From: an uncultured Candidatus Saccharibacteria bacterium
Lineage (GTDB): Bacteria > Patescibacteriota > Minisyncoccia > CAYZDR01
Reading direction: 5' to 3'
Assembly (NCBI GenBank): GCA_964477425.1
Contig: CAYZDR010000002.1
Location: 1 to 33,596, forward strand
DNA: 33,596 bases
Shown: positions 17,959 through 24,384 of the stretch, in pieces
Layout: every line of letters begins with the position of its first letter
Numbering within the stretch: the first letter of the stretch is position 1
The notes under the pieces: generated by a model
What the model saw: only the letters and a program-made list of their open reading frames with translations
What the model was told of the DNA's origin: nothing
Database searches by the model: none
Translations under genes and position numbers: made by a program

Positions 17959-18699
17959 TTAATGAATATACTTATAAATTTCTTCACCTATTGATGAAAG
18001 TAAAACATTGCTACTATTACTCAAGTAAAGCATCCTGTTACTTTCCAATTCAAGATATGCGTGTGCGATTCTTTGTCTATGTTTTATATCTTCAATACTC
18101 TTACTCTGAGCAAATTTGTCAGCCATTTCAATACTCCAATTTTTAGAAACTGTTTGCCCACTTACCGTAGACCCTCCAGAAAATTTTCCTCCTCTCCAAA
18201 CCTCAAAATTACTCAAAATAATTAGTGCTTGCGGACTTAATTTTTCTACTTGAGATAACATATAATCATATTCTTCAAACATTTTCTCAAGATCATCAGA
18301 ACTGGAAATTTTTTTCAGTACTTCTGCTAACGTCCCTGTGTATTCTTCGTTGAAATTACCACGATTTAGTATCCTTATAATTTTATTAAAAAGTAGCAAA
18401 CCTGCATTACTAGTAAGTAGCTTTTCTAATTTATTCTTAAAATCTTCATTCAAATCTAATCGATTTTGGAATTCATTAAGTAGAATTAACGCACGAACGG
18501 AATCGACCTCATTTTTATATTTTTGAGGAATACTAATGATTTTACTTATTTCATTAACCATTGGTAATATTTCTACGACCGTTTTCCCAAGTGTTTTTGC
18601 AAGAATTTCTATTCGTTTTCTTTTGGAAAGCTGTATATTATCTAATACATTTTTATTCTTTGTTATATTAGTTTGTTTTTTTATTATTTCTTTTTTCAT
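17959..18699 (-). CDS. Hypothetical protein, predicted mostly alpha-helical; last gene of the DpnI-like/ATPase-DUF4435 operon
   Basis: 246-aa ORF whose start lies 4 nt after the stop of the ATPase gene. No catalytic motif recognised. A faint resemblance of ..DDLEKMFEEYDYMLSQVEKLSPQALIILSNF.. to Abi-alpha-type proteins is not enough for a call. Confidence 0.6.
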   Translation of the reverse strand: MKKEIIKKQTNITKNKNVLDNIQLSKRKRIEILAKTLGKTVVEILPMVNEISKIISIPQKYKNEVDSVRALILLNEFQNRLDLNEDFKNKLEKLLTSNAGLLLFNKIIRILNRGNFNEEYTGTLAEVLKKISSSDDLEKMFEEYDYMLSQVEKLSPQALIILSNFEVWRGGKFSGGSTVSGQTVSKNWSIEMADKFAQSKSIEDIKHRQRIAHAYLELESNRMLYLSNSSNVLLSSIGEEIYKYIH

Positions 18700-18703
18700 A
18701 TAA

Positions 18704-20233
18704 TTATTTTTTATTCTGACAATTCAATTTTAAACTGATATCAGGCAAATATTTTTTTAGAATATCTAAAATTTCTTTTCTTTTTTCGAATACAATAAAA
18801 TTTAAAACTAAATCTCTATATCCATTATTTGTAAGGTCAAGTTTGTCTTGAACTAGCTTCACTAATCCCTTATAAGGATATTCCCGTAAAATCTCCATGA
18901 TATCATCCCCTTCTAGTAATACCACATTTGAAAATTCTTGATCCATCTCGCTAAATATTGATGTTTTAAAACTTTGATATCCCTTATCATTATTTATAAT
19001 ACTGAATTTTTTGTTTATCAAACACTGTATGCGATATTTAATCGCCTTAAATTTAATAGAGTCCTTTTTTTCAATATAATGTTTTTTAATTTCCGCTATT
19101 ATTTCGTCTTTCTTTCCACTTTTTAAAAGGTACTCGCAGACTAATTCAATAATTTCAGGAATCAAAAACAAATTTTCTACTTTATTTAAACCAAGACAAA
19201 ACACATTATTTTTTTCTAACGAACTAATTTGTTCTTCGGGACGAAAATCTCTGTCGATTAGACCAAATACTTTCTTGCCATGAAGATCTGCATTATTCCT
19301 TAATCCTTTGACTGATTCAATTACTTTTTCACACGATTCACGAGGAATAATTGTAAAATTACCATAGAATGATTGATACATTTGCACATCTAGAGAACCC
19401 TTATCTCCTTCGACAAATAAAATCGACTTTCTACTACCTAGTATTTCCAGATAAAGGTTTTCTGGTATAACTTCATTAGGAGTTAACTCTTTCCATTCCC
19501 ATTTATTATTTTTATAATCTTGCATCCAAATTCGCTTACTAATAGGCTTATTTACCGCAAAATCAAGATCGTGAGTTATATATACAAAAATACAATCTTT
19601 TCTTTGTACTTCGAGTTTACTCCACAATCTCACCATTAGAGATTTGTGCAAATGGAGTTCCGGCTCATCAATAATTAAAATACAATTTTGATCAGCCAAT
19701 AAAATTTGCGAGATAAGATACAGACCAACTTTTTCACCATCACTCATTTCCATACCCGAAAATTCATTTTCCTCACTTTCAGCCCTCACCTTATCGTTTT
19801 TCAACTTTAATTTTCTATATGAAAAAATAGAATCCCAAATATCTATAACTTTTTCTTTAATTGACTGGGAAACAAATATTTTGTTTTTTGAAACACGTGA
19901 TTCCTTTACATATTCAGAATTCCTTCTAGACTCTTGGGCAAATAACGAAATGAGAACTTGTTGATAATCATTTTGTGGCTGAATAGAAGGTTTATTTTTG
20001 TAGCTATTTTTTAACTTTGCTGAAGCTGTCTCAAAATCCTGTTTTTGTACATTTTCATCAAGTTGTAAATACCTTTGTGCAGAAATTCTCTTTGAATTAC
20101 TATTATTCCCTTCAATACATGATCCAAAGCGCGTTTTTCCCGCTCCGTTGGCACCAACAATAACCATATTTTTTTCAATTGTTATGGTTTCGTATTCATT
20201 TGTATTTGATTTTGGAATTTTGATATTTCTCAT
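18704..20233 (-). CDS. Minimal ABC-type ATPase fused to a DUF4435/Toprim-like (OLD/AriB-like) domain
   Basis: 509-aa ORF. Walker A GANGAGKT (K33), signature-like MSDGEK, Walker B CILIIDEPELHLH, H-loop ITHD. Then ..ILFVEGDKGSLDVQMY.. (Toprim Glu) and ..FGLIDRDF.. (DxD) as in DUF4435. Confidence 0.8.
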   Translation of the reverse strand: MRNIKIPKSNTNEYETITIEKNMVIVGANGAGKTRFGSCIEGNNSNSKRISAQRYLQLDENVQKQDFETASAKLKNSYKNKPSIQPQNDYQQVLISLFAQESRRNSEYVKESRVSKNKIFVSQSIKEKVIDIWDSIFSYRKLKLKNDKVRAESEENEFSGMEMSDGEKVGLYLISQILLADQNCILIIDEPELHLHKSLMVRLWSKLEVQRKDCIFVYITHDLDFAVNKPISKRIWMQDYKNNKWEWKELTPNEVIPENLYLEILGSRKSILFVEGDKGSLDVQMYQSFYGNFTIIPRESCEKVIESVKGLRNNADLHGKKVFGLIDRDFRPEEQISSLEKNNVFCLGLNKVENLFLIPEIIELVCEYLLKSGKKDEIIAEIKKHYIEKKDSIKFKAIKYRIQCLINKKFSIINNDKGYQSFKTSIFSEMDQEFSNVVLLEGDDIMEILREYPYKGLVKLVQDKLDLTNNGYRDLVLNFIVFEKRKEILDILKKYLPDISLKLNCQNKK

Positions 20234-20255
20234 AACTTTTATATTAATTGACTTT

Positions 20256-20411
20256 TTACTCCCTATCCGTCACAATCACGTTTTTATCCAAATTCCCCTC
20301 CAAAAAAACAGGATCAACTACAGAAATATTATCAGCCATAACAACCACAACATCATCCCCATGCTTCTCCCTAATATCCTCCAACCTTTTAATAAAATCT
20401 TTTAATTTCAT
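20256..20411 (-). CDS. Small acidic hypothetical protein, 51 aa; below the ORF-track cutoff
   Basis: Hand translation: MKLKDFIKRLEDIREKHGDDVVVVMADNISVVDPVFLEGNLDKNVIVTDRE*. The ATG lies 4 nt after the DpnI-like stop; its own stop lies 22 nt before the ATPase start. Locally higher GC than true spacers. Confidence 0.45.
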   Translation of the reverse strand: MKLKDFIKRLEDIREKHGDDVVVVMADNISVVDPVFLEGNLDKNVIVTDRE

Positions 20412-20415
20412 ACAC

Positions 20416-21177
20416 TCAAATTAATTTATATTTACCACTACTCACAAAATCTAAATATCCTTTGTCCCTAAGAAACTGTAACTGTTGCCTTATTTTATCC
20501 TTAATGTGTTTATTCTCTGGATATTTTTTACTCAAGATATTTTCAAAAGAATAAATATCTTGGAGTGTAAACTCTGACTTATTTAATTTATCAATACAAC
20601 CCATAACATCCAAAATCCATCCCTTTAGATCCGCCTTTCCAGTTTCTCGCAAAAATAAAGTCTTCTGCCAATTTTTTAAAACTTTTTCTTTATTTTCTAC
20701 TACCTTATTTTTGATATAAAATATTTTCCCACTATTAGGAATACTAGTTAAATCTATATTACACATTATATAGTTGGGTCTATTTGGTATTCCTTTATTC
20801 CTTTTTACAATCATTGCTGGAACGAAGAAATGTTTTGGGACAACGACAAAATCTAAAACTGCATAATTACTTACATCGTAACTTAAAAGAAAAAGATTAG
20901 GATTATTTTGGCTTTGCAATCTCTCAAGCATAGTTTTATAAGCGCCATCGGGGACCTTTTTACCTATGCTATTTCTTTTACTTTTCAATTCATAATCTTC
21001 TTTACAGTTTGAGCAATAAAAATCTGCTACTGGTCTATTATTTTCATAATTTTTAATACTAGTTCCACAATTTGGACAAAATATCTCATTATCAACCCAA
21101 TTTTCAGATAAAATTCTAATTTTGTGGGAATTGCTTTTATAAGAATCTGCTAATTGTGTATCTAAAATTGTTTGCAT
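20416..21177 (-). CDS. DpnI-like methyl-directed (GmATC-type) restriction endonuclease
   Basis: 253-aa ORF. Blocks ..YKSNSHKIRILSENWV..FCPNCG...NNRPVADFYCSNC.EDYELKSK..., ..DGAYKTMLERLQSQNNPNLFLL.Y.. and the C-terminal winged helix ..HIKDKIRQQLQFLRDKGYLDF...GKY.. match my memory of S. pneumoniae DpnI block for block. Confidence 0.8.
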   Translation of the reverse strand: MQTILDTQLADSYKSNSHKIRILSENWVDNEIFCPNCGTSIKNYENNRPVADFYCSNCKEDYELKSKRNSIGKKVPDGAYKTMLERLQSQNNPNLFLLSYDVSNYAVLDFVVVPKHFFVPAMIVKRNKGIPNRPNYIMCNIDLTSIPNSGKIFYIKNKVVENKEKVLKNWQKTLFLRETGKADLKGWILDVMGCIDKLNKSEFTLQDIYSFENILSKKYPENKHIKDKIRQQLQFLRDKGYLDFVSSGKYKLI

Positions 21178-21208
21178 AATTTATATCTATATTTCAATTC
21201 TACCTCTC

Positions 21209-21276
21209 ATTATACCCCTTTTATGCAATAAAACAAGCAAAATACAGAGAAATACTATATAATACATCCCCCAAAA
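21209..21276 (-). promoter_or_regulatory. Junction leader/promoter module, copy A
   Basis: 68 nt homologous to 22343..22411 and 23138..23206. - strand carries TTGTTT-16-TATAAT about 31 nt upstream of the DpnI-like ATG. Confidence 0.55.
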
Positions 21277-21303
21277 TGCACCATATTGAATGATACGGCA
21301 CAT
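21276..21303 (-). terminator. HP2 hairpin (terminator of the RhuM gene)
   Basis: ATGCACCATAT-TGAATG-ATACGGCACAT. The three non-Watson-Crick positions are G-U wobbles only in the - strand RNA (A-C on the + strand). Flanked by an A-run and a T-run. The perfect copy is at 23268..23295. Confidence 0.6.
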
Positions 21304-21313
21304 TTTTATAAAA

Positions 21314-22336
21314 TTACTTCTTTTGCTTTTTATTATCAGCTAAAAATCTTTTAACTTCCCGATCAAAATCAGAAATATAGTTTTTATCCTGCTCAACCCT
21401 AAAAACATTATACTCTGCTTCTGCTTTTATCTTTGCTTCCTCTGCTGATACTTTCCCCTTATCTTCCAATATTGGATAATTAGACAGTTCCAAAAAACGA
21501 TGCAAGAAAACAGCCCAATCATTCATATTCATGATGATTCCTTTTTTTGCTCTGTTTTCTGCCAAATCTAAATATGCTGAAACAATTCTATTTAACTCAT
21601 CAATATGATTTTTATTAAGATAATTTTTGGCAATCAGGACATCCCTCTTTAAAATTTTACCCTTCGGAGCATTTTTCCATGTATTCAACCCCATGAAAAT
21701 CTTTTTTGCATCTGCTTTTTCATAAATAATTTCTGCTGCAGTTTTACCTGTAATAGCCCAATGTAGTTTATTTTGAACTGTAGCAAAAAACTCTTTTGTT
21801 AAATCCTCGTTTTTATCATAATCTGCTGAAAGAGCATAGATATCTGTAATTTTTTGATAAAATCTTCTTTCACTTGTCCGAATCTCTCTTATTCTTTCTA
21901 AAAGTTCTTCAAAATAATCTTTGCCGAAATGTTTAATTTGCTTCATCCTCTCATCATCCATAGCGAATCCTTTGATAATAAACTCTTTCAAAACATCTGT
22001 TGCCCAAATTCTAAAATTGGTCGCTCTTGTAGAATTTATTCTGTAACCAACAGCAATAATAGCATCTACTGAGTAGAATTTTGTTTTATATAATTTACTA
22101 TCATCTGCAGTTGTCAAGAAATCCTTGACAACTGCTTTATCATCAAGTTCCTTCTCTCTGAAAATATTTTGAAGGTGTAAACTCACATTTTGCTTTGTTG
22201 TCCCAAATAATTCTGCCATAATTTTTTGAGTAAGCCACAGAGTGTCTTCAGCAAAAAAAACATCAATATTTACTTTACCTTCATCTGTTTTGAAGATAAC
22301 GAAATTGTTTAATTTTTGTAATTCTTGTTTTTCCAT
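21314..22336 (-). CDS. RhuM family protein (virulence/defence-island associated)
   Basis: Start trimmed to Met23 of the track ORF (MEKQELQ..), because the upstream 22 codons are the repeated junction leader. ..IFKTDEGKVNIDV.F..DTLWLTQ..MAELFGTTKQNVSLHLQNIF.E.EL...V.K.FLTTA.D.K.Y.TKFY..DAIIAVGYRINS.RAT.FR.WAT..LKEF.IKGF.MDDER is the RhuM core. Confidence 0.85.
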   Translation of the reverse strand: MEKQELQKLNNFVIFKTDEGKVNIDVFFAEDTLWLTQKIMAELFGTTKQNVSLHLQNIFREKELDDKAVVKDFLTTADDSKLYKTKFYSVDAIIAVGYRINSTRATNFRIWATDVLKEFIIKGFAMDDERMKQIKHFGKDYFEELLERIREIRTSERRFYQKITDIYALSADYDKNEDLTKEFFATVQNKLHWAITGKTAAEIIYEKADAKKIFMGLNTWKNAPKGKILKRDVLIAKNYLNKNHIDELNRIVSAYLDLAENRAKKGIIMNMNDWAVFLHRFLELSNYPILEDKGKVSAEEAKIKAEAEYNVFRVEQDKNYISDFDREVKRFLADNKKQKK

Positions 22337-22342
22337 ATTATC

Positions 22343-22411
22343 ATTATATCCCCTTATCACTACAAAAACAAGCAAAATACAGAGGAATACTATATAATAC
22401 ATCCCCCAAAA
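22343..22411 (-). promoter_or_regulatory. Junction leader/promoter module, copy B
   Basis: - strand reads TTGTTT-17-TATAAT-gataat-ATG(RhuM). 7 mismatches over 69 nt against copy C by hand alignment. Confidence 0.55.
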
Positions 22412-22437
22412 GAATTCACAATTTAAATTGTGAATTC
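22412..22437. terminator. HP1 perfect 26-bp palindrome GAATTCACAATTTAAATTGTGAATTC
   Basis: Flanked by CAAAA and TTTTTT, so it looks like a bidirectional terminator. On the - strand it is followed by TTTTGGGGG and the leader module. Confidence 0.55.
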
Positions 22438-22520
22438 TTTTTTGTCTTCTCTATTCATGAATCATCTCCTTCGCATAACATCAACGAGAATTGTGGTTAC
22501 ATTAGACTAATATTGTCGAC

Positions 22521-22548
22521 TTGACAGGTTCATATAGTCTTGTATAAT
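22521..22548 (+). promoter_or_regulatory. Consensus sigma70-type promoter TTGACA-16-TATAAT on the + strand
   Basis: Both hexamers are perfect. It points at the 3' end of the minus-strand NYN gene; only ~50 nt separate it from a hairpin plus T8 run. Confidence 0.55.
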
Positions 22549-22563
22549 AAGAATATCAATACG

Positions 22564-22606
22564 AAAGGGTCCCTGAGATCGTAAGATCAAAGGTCCCCTT
22601 TTTTTT
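22564..22606. terminator. Extended hairpin + T-run (bidirectional terminator; NYN gene 3' end and candidate + strand sRNA)
   Basis: AAAGGG-TC-CCT-GA-GATC [GTAA] GATC-AA-AGG-TC-CCCTTT, with symmetric 2x2 internal loops, followed by TTTTTTTT on the + strand. Confidence 0.55.
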
Positions 22607-23117
22607 ATTTTTTTATTTGATGTTTTATGTTAATCAAGTAATCAAAGTAAACTCTGGTTATACTTTTATACAGTGAAGATGCAAACTTCTTATTTGGAAA
22701 AAGTATTTTTTCAAATTTCTCTTCTTCAATCAAAAAATCTACTAGCATTTTATAATCCCCATCACCCGACACAAGAACTATTTTATCAAATGGTTCTTTT
22801 TTATATAATCTTTTCATAATATTAAAGATAATATCAGAATCAACATTGCCTTTTTTCTTTCCAAGCATTGCCGTATTATGTTTACGAAATACTAAAATAA
22901 AGTCAGCACTCTGAATTTCTTCATATAAGTCTTGGTACTTTTCATCAACACATCCCAAATAATAATATGCTTTTTGAACATTATATTTTTTGAGCAAATA
23001 TTTCCTAAATTTTGCAAGATTGATTTTCCATGCTGGGCTGTCTGATCTTGTTCCCATATACAAATTCTGACCGTCTATAAAAGCAATATTATTTTTTTGT
23101 TGTTTATTAGTATTCAT
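22605..23117 (-). CDS. NYN domain (LabA/DUF88-like, PIN-fold) putative ribonuclease
   Basis: 170-aa ORF. ..IAFIDGQNLY.., ..KGNVDSDI.. and ..LVSGDGDY.. are the three acidic NYN blocks. Confidence 0.85.
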   Translation of the reverse strand: MNTNKQQKNNIAFIDGQNLYMGTRSDSPAWKINLAKFRKYLLKKYNVQKAYYYLGCVDEKYQDLYEEIQSADFILVFRKHNTAMLGKKKGNVDSDIIFNIMKRLYKKEPFDKIVLVSGDGDYKMLVDFLIEEEKFEKILFPNKKFASSLYKSITRVYFDYLINIKHQIKK

Positions 23118-23137
23118 AATTTTAACTTTATACTTCT

Positions 23138-23206
23138 ATTATATCCTTTTATCACTACAAAAACAAGCAAAATACAGAGAAATACTATATCATACCCACC
23201 CCAAAA
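23138..23206 (-). promoter_or_regulatory. Junction leader/promoter module, copy C
   Basis: 69 nt, near-identical to copy B. The TATAAT lies 20 nt upstream of the NYN ATG. Confidence 0.55.
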
Positions 23207-23232
23207 GAATTCACAATTTAAATTGTGAATTC
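23207..23232. terminator. HP1 perfect palindrome, third copy
   Basis: GAATTCACAATTTAAATTGTGAATTC flanked by AAAA and TTTTTT. Confidence 0.55.
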
Positions 23233-23267
23233 TTTTTTAACTGCATCAAAATCAACACAACTAAAAA

Positions 23268-23295
23268 ATGCACCGTATTGAATGATACGGTGCAT
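23268..23295. terminator. HP2 hairpin, perfect copy, with no gene upstream of it on the - strand
   Basis: ATGCACCGTAT-TGAATG-ATACGGTGCAT flanked by A6 and T5. Followed at 23304..23375 by a degenerate fourth copy of the leader module. Confidence 0.5.
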
Positions 23296-23391
23296 TTTTA
23301 TAATCCATCCCTCGTTTCTTCTAAAAACAAACAATAAAATAAAGAAAAATACTATCCACTTCTCCACAACCCTTGCCTATTATATCCACTA

Positions 23392-23420
23392 TTGACATTG
23401 TGTATAACTTTTGCTACAAT
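23392..23420 (+). promoter_or_regulatory. Near-consensus promoter TTGACA-17-TACAAT on the + strand
   Basis: It points at the 3' end of the minus-strand DUF3800 gene. About 25 nt downstream is a hairpin plus T-run. Confidence 0.5.
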
Positions 23421-23445
23421 AAAATTATCAAGTATTTGAAAAAAG

Positions 23446-23476
23446 CGTTGGCTCGATTGGCCAATGGCTTTTTTCT
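23446..23476 (+). terminator. Hairpin CGTTGGC-tcgattg-GCCAATG + GC + TTTTTTCTTTTT
   Basis: 7-bp stem containing one G-U pair that is only valid in the + strand RNA (C-A on the - strand). This argues that the + strand transcript uses it. Confidence 0.5.
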
Positions 23477-23483
23477 TTTTACC

Positions 23484-24296
23484 CTATTTTTCATCATCCT
23501 TAATTATCTTATCATCTCCTCCCGATCTTATATTATCGTCATTCTCATCGTCATTATGAAAATGAATGTTAAAATTATAATTTCTGAAATCCTCGGTTAA
23601 ATTATCAACACCCAAATTATTCTTGAATGCCTTTATAAACTGTGCCTTGTACTGTGAAGACTGGTCAATAATTTTTTCTTTTAAGAGTAGCTCGTAATTA
23701 ATTGCTCCGATAATTAAATCTGTCATTTGTAATAAATCATTTGTTTTAGAATCTAGACGACAGACACCAGCAATAGCTAATCTTTTAAACTTATTATTAA
23801 GATGGTTTTTAATGTTCACCTCAAATTTATTTCTTTTTGGAGTAACTACATTATCAGCCAAAACTATCAAAACCTCATTTTTCCTCAAATTCCCCTCTAG
23901 TAAATGTTTGGTAATTTGTTCATAGGCGATAAATGGATCACTATGAAATTCGTTTTTGAAATAATCGCTTTTTTTATTAATTGTATAGGACGAAAAACAA
24001 ATACTACGAGTCTGAAAAAATGCATCTAAAACTTCCATGGCAATCTTTACTTTTACCTTATTTAAATTATTAAATTTAAGTTCCCACCAAAAATTATTTT
24101 TTTCTCTAATGTATCTGATTTTCTGTTGAAGATAATATGGTTGTGAACATTTTACCATTCCAACAGTAAAATGTGGATGTGTTTTGATATCAAGAGTCCC
24201 TGATTCATCTAAAAAACAAAATGGCGTCCAAATATCTTTATAATCTCCGAGGGTTAACCCATGATTTTTTTCTTTACCAAAAATTTTATTTAACAT
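23484..24296 (-). CDS. DUF3800 family protein
   Basis: 270-aa ORF. N-terminal ..FCFLDESGT.. and C-terminal ..NDLLQMTDLIIGAI.. are the two hallmark DUF3800 blocks. Acidic tail. Confidence 0.72.
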   Translation of the reverse strand: MLNKIFGKEKNHGLTLGDYKDIWTPFCFLDESGTLDIKTHPHFTVGMVKCSQPYYLQQKIRYIREKNNFWWELKFNNLNKVKVKIAMEVLDAFFQTRSICFSSYTINKKSDYFKNEFHSDPFIAYEQITKHLLEGNLRKNEVLIVLADNVVTPKRNKFEVNIKNHLNNKFKRLAIAGVCRLDSKTNDLLQMTDLIIGAINYELLLKEKIIDQSSQYKAQFIKAFKNNLGVDNLTEDFRNYNFNIHFHNDDENDDNIRSGGDDKIIKDDEK

Positions 24297-24384
24297 ACAT
24301 TGTTTACCTAAAAATTATTACTACTGTTTAATTTCTTAAACAAATTTTTCCCATTTTTATTTAGCACGACTGACATCTATCCCA

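Noticed and set aside
17817-18146. 109-aa + strand ORF
   Set aside because: It starts in the GC-rich repeat, crosses the HP1 palindrome and runs antisense to the 246-aa gene. No RBS.
20148-20405. 85-aa + strand ORF
   Set aside because: It is antisense to the ATPase start and to the better-supported 51-aa - strand ORF. Its Ile/Phe/Asn-rich composition is typical of AT-rich antisense frames.
22337-22402. 22-codon hydrophobic N-terminal extension (MYYIVFLCILLVFVVIRGYNDN) of the RhuM ORF
   Set aside because: This stretch is the repeated junction leader. The equivalent ATG is followed by a stop after 2 codons in copy C and gives an unrelated 26-aa peptide in copy A. RhuM homology starts at MEKQ (22336).
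22423-22458. 11-codon ORF MNREDKKEFTI with AGGAGA 6 nt upstream, ending in the loop of HP1 (possible leader-peptide attenuator of RhuM)
   Set aside because: The geometry is attractive, but the ORF is not conserved. The HP1 copy at 23207 has a different 11-codon ORF in another frame without an SD, and the copy at 17921 has none. Too short to support.
17921-23295. HP1/HP2 palindromes as a CRISPR array or integron attC sites
   Set aside because: The repeats are separated by whole genes (0.8-4.5 kb), not 25-50-nt spacers, so this is not a CRISPR array. No integrase is in the window, and HP1 is a perfect palindrome without the extrahelical bases typical of attC, so an integron call is unsupported. 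The cassette-like layout is reported as a finding instead.
23373-23600. 75-aa + strand ORF
   Set aside because: It spans a promoter, a terminator hairpin and the antisense of the DUF3800 3' end. It has low-complexity Ile/Leu composition.
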